Source: Vampirovibrio chlorellavorus
Lineage (GTDB): Bacteria > Cyanobacteriota > Vampirovibrionia > Vampirovibrionales > Vampirovibrionaceae
Length of the DNA: 64,000 nucleotides
Assembly: GCF_003149375.1 (NCBI RefSeq)
Contig: NZ_QFWH01000005.1
Location: forward strand, 14,004 to 78,003
Direction: 5' to 3'
Each line of letters begins with the position of its first letter. Positions within the stretch are counted from its first letter, which is position 1. The translations under genes were made by a program, and so were the position numbers. The notes under the pieces are model-generated. The model was not told the origin of the DNA. It saw only the letters and a list, made by a program, of their open reading frames with translations, and did not search any database. Positions 44,405 through 54,078 of the stretch are shown here, in pieces.

Positions 44405-45343
44405 ATGGACGTCGAGACGCCGCTCAAGCAGGCAAAGCCACTCAAAAGGGCTGGCAGGGGGCTTTCCCTGCTGGAAGTGCTGCTGATGATCACCCTGCTT
44501 TCGGCCACCATTCTGCCCTGCGCCCTCATGCTGACCCGAACCGGCCAAAACGCCCGCGATGTGTACTTGCAGTCCACCCGCAGCATTCTACTCAACAGCC
44601 TGCAGGACGAACAGACTGTCGATCGGAATAATTATGCCTACACGTCTGTTGGTATGAATACCGACACCAGCGAATCCGGGCAGGTCATTCCCTGGCGCTC
44701 CGTGGTGGATGTGACCAATGCCGGGGCTTCGGACAGCTTCCAGAAAACCGTGTTTTATTACCTGTACAACACCGCTGCCGATGCGGCCAATGCCCCCCGC
44801 TACAGTACCAAAGTTATCCAGACCCGAAACACCCTGCGGGTTCGTTTTGACTCTCTACAAGCAGGCTACATGGACTCCTCCGGGCAGTGGTGGAACCCCT
44901 GGGTTCTCTACAATGGGGCTGCCATGGTGCCCGGCATTAATAACGCCAGCAGCGTGTATACCAATTATCCAGCCCAGGCCATCACTAACCTGCCCTCTCA
45001 CCGGGATGCCGATATTTACCGGGGGGGCTGGTATCGTAACGGTGCATCAATCACCTATAGCGCCCCGGTTTCCACAGGGTTATACACGGTCAAGTTGTAC
45101 TTTGCTGATAATTCAGTCGCATCAACACGACTCATGGATATTGTGATGGAAGGAAAGTTAATGAATCCGGGTAATCCATATTTTGCCCCCCCATATTGTG
45201 GCAGCCAGAGTTTTTGCGCCAACGTGCAAATGTTTGACGTGATGGTAACCGATGGCAATCTGGACATCACCATATCTCCCAACAGTAACACGGTCAATGA
45301 CGATCCCTATATTCAGGCGCTTTCCATTAAGAAAAGGACTTAA
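44405..45343 (+). CDS. prepilin-type protein with C-terminal malectin-like carbohydrate-binding domain
   Basis: AGRG|LSLLEVLLMITLLSATIL prepilin cleavage motif (Glu +5). C-terminal YTVKLYFADN...RLMDIVMEGKLM...FDVMVTDGNLDITISP...DPYIQALSI resembles the malectin fold signature. Confidence 0.5.
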   Translation: MDVETPLKQAKPLKRAGRGLSLLEVLLMITLLSATILPCALMLTRTGQNARDVYLQSTRSILLNSLQDEQTVDRNNYAYTSVGMNTDTSESGQVIPWRSVVDVTNAGASDSFQKTVFYYLYNTAADAANAPRYSTKVIQTRNTLRVRFDSLQAGYMDSSGQWWNPWVLYNGAAMVPGINNASSVYTNYPAQAITNLPSHRDADIYRGGWYRNGASITYSAPVSTGLYTVKLYFADNSVASTRLMDIVMEGKLMNPGNPYFAPPYCGSQSFCANVQMFDVMVTDGNLDITISPNSNTVNDDPYIQALSIKKRT

Positions 45344-45347
45344 CCCC

Positions 45348-46970
45348 ATGGCCTGCTTTCAGCGTTTGACGGTTCAAAAAAGACTGCCCGGCTTAACCCT
45401 GGTGGAAATGCTGATTGCCATGGCCCTGATGGGCTTTGTGGTGCTTTCCATGGGGAACTTGCTCTTTGGGGCCAATCTCCGCTCCGTCTCCCTCAACGAG
45501 CGGTTCAAGCTGGCCAGCGAAGTGCATAGCCTGATCGATGACATTCGGGAGGATTTGCACCGGGGGGCCTACATCAGTCCCAATTCTTTCCGCAACCGGT
45601 TGGAATACACCACCTACGATTCCAGTACCGGGGATGCGGTCAAAAAAGTCTACGGCATCTGTTATTACAGCAGCGTGCAAACGGCCAGCACCGATACCAG
45701 CTGTCCCTTGCAGCAGTCGGGGGGCACGTTCCCCTACATCAAACGTTCCGACGATGGCGGGGCCACCTGGGGCTCTCCTTACCGCATTTCCGGCTTTAAC
45801 AAGTACCGGCTGGTTAATGCCAGTGGGCCCCGGTTTTTGTTTGCCCAGTCTGCCAACAATTGTATTGATTACGTGGATAATAACGCCAACGGGGTGCTGG
45901 GAAGCGGCGACACCACCCAGACTCAGGTGAGCTGTGGCACCGCTGCAAACTCATGGTTCGGGGCGACCGCCAATTCCTTAAACCCTACTTACGCCAGTAA
46001 AGTGATATTGAACAACTTTAACTTCACCACGGGCACCGGAAGGCCCGAGACCCTGCGAACCCTGCCCCAGTATATTTTTATCGCTGCCCCGCCCGGCCCG
46101 GTGCGCAGCAATCTGGCGGCGGTGTCCCCGGGGGTGAAAGACACCCAACTGGTCCAGTCTTTTTCCTTTGACAGTACGGTCAATAACATGTGGCCCGCTG
46201 GCTTCAACACCGTGGATTTGGCCTGGGACGCCGCCCATGATCGATTAATTATCGGCAGTGACTCGCATTCAATTCTTTACACCACCGAGCGCAACGGGGT
46301 GTTTATTAATCAGCCTTACGCCCTGAATGACGGCAAATATACAGCCCGAGGAGTGGCCATTGAAGACGACGGTAACACGCTTCACGCCATTAGCAATACC
46401 ACCAGTGAACGCTATCATCGCTATAACCTGAACAGTATCAGCCCCCTGACCGAAGTGGCGGGCGGGGCCAGCGCCACCTTTGTAACGGCGCAGTCCAGCA
46501 GGCTTTTTATGGCTTTTGATCCCAAGAACCGACGCCTTTACATTACCCGGGTGGATAATGACGGATTTTTCAAAATCGTGGAGTTGAACGGCCCGGACTC
46601 TACCGCGCCCCAGACCGAAACGGGTAACAAGTGGCAATTGCCCAGCGCCATCGCAACTTCTTCTCAAATAGGCGGCTTTGAAATTGAGCCGACCACGGGT
46701 GATTTTTTAGTTGTGCGCGATCAGGTCTATGCGGCCGGTGGCAATAACTATCTGGATCTCTACCGCATTCCTCGCACTGGCAGCTACAGTCTGGCCATGG
46801 CTCCTTATTTATCAATCAACCTGACCGATTTGGGCAGTACGGCCACCGGAACCGCTGGCCAGTTTGGGTTGACGTATGATGCGGCGCTCCATCGCCTGTT
46901 TTTGGCCGACAATGTGAGCAAAAGAATTTATGAAGTGGCCCCGGTCAAAATCATCACCCCAAGGACTTGA
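45348..46970 (+). CDS. prepilin-type protein with large C-terminal (propeller-like) extracellular domain
   Basis: LPG|LTLVEMLIAMALMGFVVL prepilin motif. Start at the ATG at 45348 immediately after the upstream stop. About 480 aa C-terminal domain with repeated blade-like segments. Confidence 0.5.
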   Translation: MACFQRLTVQKRLPGLTLVEMLIAMALMGFVVLSMGNLLFGANLRSVSLNERFKLASEVHSLIDDIREDLHRGAYISPNSFRNRLEYTTYDSSTGDAVKKVYGICYYSSVQTASTDTSCPLQQSGGTFPYIKRSDDGGATWGSPYRISGFNKYRLVNASGPRFLFAQSANNCIDYVDNNANGVLGSGDTTQTQVSCGTAANSWFGATANSLNPTYASKVILNNFNFTTGTGRPETLRTLPQYIFIAAPPGPVRSNLAAVSPGVKDTQLVQSFSFDSTVNNMWPAGFNTVDLAWDAAHDRLIIGSDSHSILYTTERNGVFINQPYALNDGKYTARGVAIEDDGNTLHAISNTTSERYHRYNLNSISPLTEVAGGASATFVTAQSSRLFMAFDPKNRRLYITRVDNDGFFKIVELNGPDSTAPQTETGNKWQLPSAIATSSQIGGFEIEPTTGDFLVVRDQVYAAGGNNYLDLYRIPRTGSYSLAMAPYLSINLTDLGSTATGTAGQFGLTYDAALHRLFLADNVSKRIYEVAPVKIITPRT

Positions 46971-46992
46971 TCCGCTGCAAGACCCTGCGCGG

Positions 46993-48480
46993 TTAACGCC
47001 AGCCCCCTCCCAGCGCGCGATACAGATCCACTTTGGAGCCGATTAAATTCATTTTCAGCTCCACCAGTTCCTTTTCGGCATTGAGTTTTTCTTCTTGTGT
47101 CAGCAACACTTCCACATAATCGGCCTTTGCGTATTGAAATAAATTATTGGCAATAGTGACCGAGTCATCCAGTAAGCGCACTTCTCTTTGTTTTGTCTCG
47201 TAGCTTTGTTGTATGTTCTTGATGTTTAACATTTGATTCAGCACTTCGGTATAAGCCTGTAGCAGGGTTTGCTCGTAGTTCAGCACCACCTGTGTTTGAT
47301 AGGAGTCCGCAATGGCGATTCGGGCGATGATGGCCTTTCTGTTGATAACAGGAGCCGTTAAATCCCCCATTAAATTGTAGACCAGGGATTTTGGATTGAA
47401 TAGCAATGCGGAGCCAAACGCTGAAAAGCCAGACTTGGCGTTAATACTCAGGCTGGGATACAAATTGGCCTGGACACTTTTTAGATCCAGTTTCGCCGCC
47501 TTGATGGCAAATTCGGCCTGACGAATATCGGGCCTGTTTTCTAACAGTTGCGTGGGAACACCGACCTGTAATTCGTCAACCTGCATGGTCATTAATTTTT
47601 CGGAGTTTCTGGGAATGGGGGCACCATCATACAAGCCCGATAAAAACTTGAGGCGATTCTTTTTTTCAACGATCTTTTGACTGATTTCAAACCGTTGGCT
47701 TTTGGTTTTCAGCAACTGTGCTTCAAACCGGTTCACTGCCAGGTTATTGGCTTTGGCATATTCCTTCAGCAACTTCATTTTAAGAAAGGCTTTTTCCTGA
47801 ATTTGAATGTTTGCATCCACTATCTTCAAGGAATTATCCAGGGCCATCAATTCATAATAACAGCGGGCGATTTCAGCGACCAATCGTGAGATAAGATAGT
47901 TCCGGCCTTCGTATTGGGCCATTAAACGCATTCTGGCCGCGTCTTTGGCGTTCTGTAACTTTTTCCATATATCCACTTCCCAGGTCATGTTGGGGCCTAT
48001 GTTCAAACCCAGATTGCGGGAATTCAGATCGTTCCTGTCAATAATTTTGTCTAGCACCCCATCCCGTGTGTTTTTTGACACAGCATAGTTTTCAATGCCC
48101 ATCCCCAGGCCCACTTTGGGCAAGTATTCGGCTTGTTTCTCCTTCACCTCATTCCGGGCAATCTCGATATCCTGCAAAAAGATATTGAATTCCTGGTTGT
48201 TTGACAGGGCTGTTTCGATGAGACGAATCAGGTAGGGATCGGAGAAAAATTCCCGCCAGCTGATATGAGCGGCGTTCTCCACTCCTACACTCTCAAAGCC
48301 GTCCGGGTTCTGGGAATCGCTGGACTGACTGTAGCGATACTTGTCAGGAACGTTAAATTTGGGCTCTTTTTGAACCAGATTGAGGGGGTGAAACCAGGAT
48401 CGCGCAAGCACAGGCTCTTGCGTGTTCAATACAAGGAGCGTTAGTGCCGATAGAAAGCCAATTATTTTTATGAACTTCAT
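46993..48480 (-). CDS. efflux transporter outer membrane factor (TolC/NodT family)
   Basis: 495 aa, signal peptide. Two internal repeats of coiled-coil/beta-barrel OMF architecture. C-terminal LYRALGGGW typical of NodT-type OMFs. Confidence 0.75.
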   Translation of the reverse strand: MKFIKIIGFLSALTLLVLNTQEPVLARSWFHPLNLVQKEPKFNVPDKYRYSQSSDSQNPDGFESVGVENAAHISWREFFSDPYLIRLIETALSNNQEFNIFLQDIEIARNEVKEKQAEYLPKVGLGMGIENYAVSKNTRDGVLDKIIDRNDLNSRNLGLNIGPNMTWEVDIWKKLQNAKDAARMRLMAQYEGRNYLISRLVAEIARCYYELMALDNSLKIVDANIQIQEKAFLKMKLLKEYAKANNLAVNRFEAQLLKTKSQRFEISQKIVEKKNRLKFLSGLYDGAPIPRNSEKLMTMQVDELQVGVPTQLLENRPDIRQAEFAIKAAKLDLKSVQANLYPSLSINAKSGFSAFGSALLFNPKSLVYNLMGDLTAPVINRKAIIARIAIADSYQTQVVLNYEQTLLQAYTEVLNQMLNIKNIQQSYETKQREVRLLDDSVTIANNLFQYAKADYVEVLLTQEEKLNAEKELVELKMNLIGSKVDLYRALGGGWR

Positions 48481-48520
48481 AGGGTTTTCCTGATTTTTCT
48501 GGTTCCGTGTTTTCTACTGT

Positions 48521-51500
48521 TTAATCCGGTTTGCTGATTTGCCGGGAGGTTCTCAGTTTGCGAATGAGTCGCCTGAACATCAGCCTGAGTATTTTGAACT
48601 GTGTCTTGTTCCTGGCTTTTTTGCCGACGATTGCTTCTGTCAAGGTGGTCTGCGTTTCATCCTGCAGTAGCTTTTTTCCGTCGACCAGGGTTGCAAACGC
48701 AAAATACAATCCGGGGATGATGACGATGCCAATCAGGGTCCCGGAAATCATGCCGCCCATGGCGGAAGAGCCCAGCGTTCTGTTTCCCACCGCGCCCGCG
48801 CCGTGCGACAAGACCAGTGGCAGGAGTCCGGCTATAAAGGCGAAGGAGGTCATCAAGATCGGCCTGAAACGCATTTTTGCCCCTTCAAGCGCAGCCTCCA
48901 GTATGGATAAGCCTTCATTGCGCTTTTGCACCGCAAACTCGACAATCAACACCGCGTTTTTACCCAAAAGCCCGATCAGCGTGATGATCGCGATCTGTGC
49001 GTAGACATCGTTTGCCAACCCCATGAGCTTGAGCATGAAGTAAGACCCAAAAATCCCGATGGGCAGGGATAATAGCACGGCCAGGGGTAATACAAAGCTC
49101 TCGTACTGAGCCGCCAAGACCAAGTAAACAAATAGCACCACGATCAGGGAGATAACGGCAAATTCATTTCCTCGCTTGGCCTGATCGTATGAGAGATCCT
49201 CCCAGGCAATATCGTAGCCTCTGGGGAGGGTTTTCAGCGCCACGTCTTTTATGGCGTCAATGGCATCGCCCGAGGTGAAGTTATTGCCGGGAAAGCCCCG
49301 AATGACCGCCGAGTTATAGAGGTTATAGCGGGTAATTTCATTGGCCCCCTGTGTTTTCTCAGTGGTCATAAAGGAGCTGTATGGAACCATTTCGCCGTGA
49401 TCGTTCTTGACAAAATAATTGTTCAGGTCATCCAGATTCCTTCTGTACTCCGGTGCGGCCTGGGTGAACACTTTGAAAAAGCGTCCAAACCGGATAAAGC
49501 CCTGCTCGTAGGAACCGCTGATGAGAATATTCAAATTTTCCATGGCGTTGTTGATGGATACGCCCTTTTGCATGGCCAATTGGTTATCTATTTTGATTTT
49601 GTATTGCGGGTATGTGGCGTTGTAAAAAGTAAACAGGCCTCGAATTTCTTTTCGTTTTTCCAGATTGCGCATAAACTCCTGAGTGACTTTTTCAAGTTCC
49701 TGGTAATTGGTTTCACCCGATTTGTCGAGAAGGCGCAAGGAAAACCCGCCAGAGGTACCGAAGCCGGGAATGGCAGGTGGTTCAAAAAATTCCACCTTGG
49801 CGCCCAGGGCCTCGGATTTTTTCTCCAGCGCCTCAATGATGTCATGCACACTCTCTTTTCTTTCTTCCCAGCTTTTCAGGTTGATCAGGCAGGTGCCGGC
49901 GTTGGAGCCCCTACCTTCCGTCATAATCTCATAGCCCACCATTGAGGTGACGGATTCGACCCCCTCTACTTTTTCGGAAATTTTTTGTAACTGACTCACG
50001 ACCTGGTTGGTATATTCCAGGGTCGAGCCGGGGGGCGTTTGCACAATCGCGTAAATGGTGCCTTGATCTTCACTGGGTACAAAGCCTGAGGAGACGATTT
50101 TGTTAAAAATAAAAATCCCGATTGCAAATAATACGATAACCCCGAAGGTGATGACACGCTTGGTGACAATTTTATCCAGAAGCCACATGTAGCGTTGCGT
50201 CAATTTATCGAAAAGCACATTGAATTGATCGATCCCGCGTTTCAATAAATTCCTGGATTTTTTGTGGCTGGCGTGTTCGCCGTGACTGTCATGATTGCCG
50301 TGGCTGCCATGATTTCTGAGAACCATCGCGCACAGTACAGGCGTCAGGGTGAGCGCCACTAACCCCGAAATGATAATGGAACTGGCCATGGTAATGGAAA
50401 ATTGCCTGTAAAATACGCCCACAGGGCCACTCATAAAGGCAATCGGACAGAATACGGAAATCATAACCAGGGTGATGGCAATAATGGCTCCCCCCAGTTC
50501 CTTCATGGCTTTTTGGGTGGCAGCGTAGGGAGAGAGTGTGGGATCTTCCTCCATTTTACTGTGGACGGCTTCTACCACCACAATGGCATCGTCTACCACA
50601 ATCCCGATTGCCAGAACCACCGCAAACAGGGTAATCAGGTTGATGGACATTCCAAATAGAAGCAGCACGAAAAAGGCGCCAATCAGGGAAATGGGTACCG
50701 CGATAATGGGAATGATGGTAGATCGCCAATCCCCCAGGAATAAAAATACCACCAGGGTTACCAAAATAAACGCGTCTCTGATGGTATCCACTACCTGCTC
50801 AATTGAAGCGTCCAGAAATTTGGAAACATCGTAACTGTATTTGACTTTGATGCCGTCTGGAAAATCTTTTTCAAGCTCTTTGATCTTTTCCTTGATATTT
50901 TTGATGACGGCCGCCCCATTGCTGTTGGGTGTTTGCTTCAGTATGAGCGAGGCGGACGGCTTGCCATCCAGCGTGTTATAGATGTCATAAAATTCGCTTC
51001 CCAGTTCAACTTCGGCGACATCCTTGAGCTTGACCATTTCTCCAAACTCGGAACTTTTGATAATGATGTTCTCGTATTGCTTGGGCTCATTGTAGCGACC
51101 CTCATAGTCAAGAACGTACTCCGTTGCCTGGGCTTTTTTCCCGGAACTTTGACCCAACCTGCCGGGACGGGCAATAATACTTTGTTCGCTAATCGCCTTG
51201 ACCACTTCTTCCGGAGAGATGCTGTAAGCCCTCAACCTGTCTGGCTTTAACCAAATTCTCATGGAGTAGGTCCGGGTACCCAGCAAGCTGGCGTTGGCCA
51301 CCCCGTTTATGCGTTGAATTTCGGGAATCAGCTTGGTGTAGGCGTAATTAAAAAGGTATTTTTGATCGATATTTTTGGATTCAGAATATAAATCGATGTA
51401 CATCAACATGGAGGGTTGGAGCGGTAATAAGATGACACCCTCTCGTTGCACCAACTCGGGCAGAGAGGTCATGACCCTATCCACCCGTGTTTTCACGTTG

Positions 51501-51814
51501 ACCACGGCCTGGTTTGAATCGGTTCCGGGTTCAAAAACCAGTCTCAGCGTCGCCTCACCGGCACTGGTCGCGTCGGAGGCCATATAACGCATGCCCGGAA
51601 CGCCGTTAATGGCCGCCTCTAGCGGAATTAAGGTGGATTTTGTCAGGACATCCGCACTGGCGCCCGGATAGGCAATGAAGACGTTGACCACTGTGGGCGC
51701 GATTTGTGGAAACTGTGAGATAGGCAGTTGCTGAATGGAAAGACAGCCCAAAAATACGATAAATATTGAGATGACCAGACCTAAAACCGGTCTTTTAAGT
51801 ATATTCTGAAACAT
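48521..51814 (-). CDS. RND efflux pump permease (AcrB/HAE1-like) with His-rich insertion in the TM6-TM7 cytoplasmic loop
   Basis: 1097 aa, 12 TM with two large periplasmic loops. N-terminal MFQNILKRPV...FIVFLG...QLPISQFPQIAPTVVNV matches AcrB. Insert VLRNHGSHGNHDSHGEHASH at about 50255..50330. Confidence 0.85.
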   Translation of the reverse strand: MFQNILKRPVLGLVISIFIVFLGCLSIQQLPISQFPQIAPTVVNVFIAYPGASADVLTKSTLIPLEAAINGVPGMRYMASDATSAGEATLRLVFEPGTDSNQAVVNVKTRVDRVMTSLPELVQREGVILLPLQPSMLMYIDLYSESKNIDQKYLFNYAYTKLIPEIQRINGVANASLLGTRTYSMRIWLKPDRLRAYSISPEEVVKAISEQSIIARPGRLGQSSGKKAQATEYVLDYEGRYNEPKQYENIIIKSSEFGEMVKLKDVAEVELGSEFYDIYNTLDGKPSASLILKQTPNSNGAAVIKNIKEKIKELEKDFPDGIKVKYSYDVSKFLDASIEQVVDTIRDAFILVTLVVFLFLGDWRSTIIPIIAVPISLIGAFFVLLLFGMSINLITLFAVVLAIGIVVDDAIVVVEAVHSKMEEDPTLSPYAATQKAMKELGGAIIAITLVMISVFCPIAFMSGPVGVFYRQFSITMASSIIISGLVALTLTPVLCAMVLRNHGSHGNHDSHGEHASHKKSRNLLKRGIDQFNVLFDKLTQRYMWLLDKIVTKRVITFGVIVLFAIGIFIFNKIVSSGFVPSEDQGTIYAIVQTPPGSTLEYTNQVVSQLQKISEKVEGVESVTSMVGYEIMTEGRGSNAGTCLINLKSWEERKESVHDIIEALEKKSEALGAKVEFFEPPAIPGFGTSGGFSLRLLDKSGETNYQELEKVTQEFMRNLEKRKEIRGLFTFYNATYPQYKIKIDNQLAMQKGVSINNAMENLNILISGSYEQGFIRFGRFFKVFTQAAPEYRRNLDDLNNYFVKNDHGEMVPYSSFMTTEKTQGANEITRYNLYNSAVIRGFPGNNFTSGDAIDAIKDVALKTLPRGYDIAWEDLSYDQAKRGNEFAVISLIVVLFVYLVLAAQYESFVLPLAVLLSLPIGIFGSYFMLKLMGLANDVYAQIAIITLIGLLGKNAVLIVEFAVQKRNEGLSILEAALEGAKMRFRPILMTSFAFIAGLLPLVLSHGAGAVGNRTLGSSAMGGMISGTLIGIVIIPGLYFAFATLVDGKKLLQDETQTTLTEAIVGKKARNKTQFKILRLMFRRLIRKLRTSRQISKPD

Positions 51815-51831
51815 CGTGATAAAAATCTCAG

Positions 51832-52926
51832 TTAATTGGCATACAATTCCAGGTGATTGATGACAGCTTTGGGGTCTATCATCCTGTATTTAATTTTGTC
51901 CCCTTTGTAGATTTTGCTTTGTCTTTCAAGCAAGAACATTTCGTCCGGGCTAAGACCCGACTTGAGAATGAAGATATTGGGGGCCTCCTCGGCCACTTCA
52001 ATCTCGCGCTCGTGGAGGACGCCATTTTTATCGACTACCAGTACAAATTTTTTGTCTAATATTTCGAATGTTGATTTCTGGGGAATAATGACAGCGTGTT
52101 TGATTAACTTTGGCCACAGGATAGTCCCGGTTTCTCCGTGACGCAAGAGTGTACGGGGATTGTTGAAACTCGCTCGAAATGCAATGTTTCCCGATGTATT
52201 GTTAAAATCGGACTCAATCGTTTCGATCGTTCCGGCTTCAGGGTACAGGTCATTGTTGGCCAGCTTCAATTGAACGGTCTGGGCAATATTGTTCCGTCTG
52301 CGTTTCATATAGTCCAGGTAACGGGCTTCAGGAACGTTGAAATACACCCACATTCTGTGGTTATCACTCAACGTGGTCAGCAGATCTCCCTCATCCAGCA
52401 AACTGCCAATCCGGATGTCTCCGAACCTGCCAATCAACCCACTGAAAGGGGCCCGAATTTCAGTAAAACCCAGATGCGTCTGGGCCATCTCCAGTTCCGC
52501 CGAGGCTTTGGCTAATTTGGCGGCAGACATGGCCGCTTCACTTTTGGAAATAATATCTTTTTCCACCAATGCCTTGTTGTTCTTTAGCTCAATTTCAGCC
52601 AGATCCACTTCAGCCTCGGATTTATCAACATCGGCTTTGTAAACATTCGGCTTGATCTGAAAGAGCAGTTGTCCCTGCCGAACCAGTTGTCCTTCGTCTA
52701 CGAATTTTTTTTGCAAATACCCCTTTTCCAGCGAGCGCAGCTCAATATGTTGAATGGCTCGAATCTGGCAAACATATTCGTCATTCAGCTTCATATCCTT
52801 TACCAGAGGCTTGCTCACCTGATAGGTGTATTCTGGCTCCTTGCTTTCATGAGGCGCCTGACAGCCCGTTAAAAACAACGTGATTAGGGCACAGTGAATA
52901 AAAATGGATTTCTTGATCAGGTTCAT
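51832..52926 (-). CDS. RND efflux periplasmic adaptor (membrane fusion protein, HlyD/AcrA family), lipoprotein
   Basis: Lipobox LTGCQ. Coiled-coil hairpin plus lipoyl/beta-barrel domains typical of membrane fusion proteins. First gene of the MFP-RND-OMF operon. Confidence 0.8.
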   Translation of the reverse strand: MNLIKKSIFIHCALITLFLTGCQAPHESKEPEYTYQVSKPLVKDMKLNDEYVCQIRAIQHIELRSLEKGYLQKKFVDEGQLVRQGQLLFQIKPNVYKADVDKSEAEVDLAEIELKNNKALVEKDIISKSEAAMSAAKLAKASAELEMAQTHLGFTEIRAPFSGLIGRFGDIRIGSLLDEGDLLTTLSDNHRMWVYFNVPEARYLDYMKRRRNNIAQTVQLKLANNDLYPEAGTIETIESDFNNTSGNIAFRASFNNPRTLLRHGETGTILWPKLIKHAVIIPQKSTFEILDKKFVLVVDKNGVLHEREIEVAEEAPNIFILKSGLSPDEMFLLERQSKIYKGDKIKYRMIDPKAVINHLELYAN

Positions 52927-53131
52927 GCCAGTTGTTCCTTGTTTCGGTATTTAAATCAGATTTGCAAGGTGAGCCTGCGCCCTGCGAGATTTTTTGTGCA
53001 AATAGACTGGATTGCCTGAGTGTAAAAACGCAGGCCAAAGCAAAGAGCCGGTGTCTTTGCATAGTGACCGCTCTATATCTTTAATTGACTGAGGATAAAT
53101 ATCGAGAGTTTAGAACTGATAAGAATTGAGA

Positions 53132-53770
53132 TTATTTTACCTGGGGTCGCTTAAGTTTAACGTCGTTATTTTGAGAGACTTCCATTTGCTCACCTTGAAG
53201 TTCATCCATCATTTCCCGCAGGGTCGATGCGTTGAGCCCGCCCATGGAAAAGAAGAACATCAGGATTAAATTGCCGGTTAGCAAGGTTTTTTGGAGATGG
53301 TGCAACCGATCCAGCAAACGCCGTTTATCATAGATTTTAAAGAAATCCACCCGAGCGACTTCATCAATATTTTTTTTGGCCTTGCGGATATCCCGCTTAA
53401 TGGAGACCACTTTATTCGGATCCTTGGCCTGCTCAGCGTGTTGTGTTTCAAGCAGCGCTTCCAATTCACTGATGAACGCTTCAATTTGCCGGTAATCCGC
53501 CATGCGCTCATTCCGAAAAATATCGATTACCTTGTCATCCGGCAGATTTTCAAACCGATCGACCTGCATGACAATGGCTTCACCGCTTTCCTGCTCCACT
53601 TCGGCGGCTAGCCAGCGAACCGTCTCCACGCAGTCATCGTTGTAGGGTAAAACATGAACACCCAGCTTGGGGGAAATGGCACCCGACTTGCGTAATTTTC
53701 GCCAAATGCGAACCCTGGAGGCTGCCGTGAGATTGGAAGGCAATGAGTAGGAAAAAACGAGCCATTTCAT
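53132..53770 (-). CDS. ChrB N-terminal-domain-like protein (chromate-resistance regulator family)
   Basis: N-terminal MKWLVFSYSLPSNLTAASRVRIWRKLRKSGAISPKLGVHVLP follows the ChrB N-domain pattern (WL.L.YSLP...RV..WRKL...GA......V.VLP). Confidence 0.45.
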   Translation of the reverse strand: MKWLVFSYSLPSNLTAASRVRIWRKLRKSGAISPKLGVHVLPYNDDCVETVRWLAAEVEQESGEAIVMQVDRFENLPDDKVIDIFRNERMADYRQIEAFISELEALLETQHAEQAKDPNKVVSIKRDIRKAKKNIDEVARVDFFKIYDKRRLLDRLHHLQKTLLTGNLILMFFFSMGGLNASTLREMMDELQGEQMEVSQNNDVKLKRPQVK

Positions 53771-54078
53771 CGTGAGACTCCTTAGGAGAGACCTTACTTT
53801 TGCAGCACGAAAATTTTGCGCAGAGCTGGGACAATGGTTAATGTAACAGGTGTAACATATTTGCGCAACTGTTAAACATCCATTTATGCGTATTGGAAAA
53901 TAAGCAATTAAAAACAGACAAATTAGAAGGCAAGTTATAAATAGGAATTTTCGGGCCCCGCTATGGTGACAGCCTGTTGTGCCGTCTCCCTTCCCTTTCC
54001 TGGTTTATCAGACCGGGTTTTGGCTTGGGATGCTGTGAAGACGGCTTTTTCTCGGACTGTGACTACTAACGGTAATTG

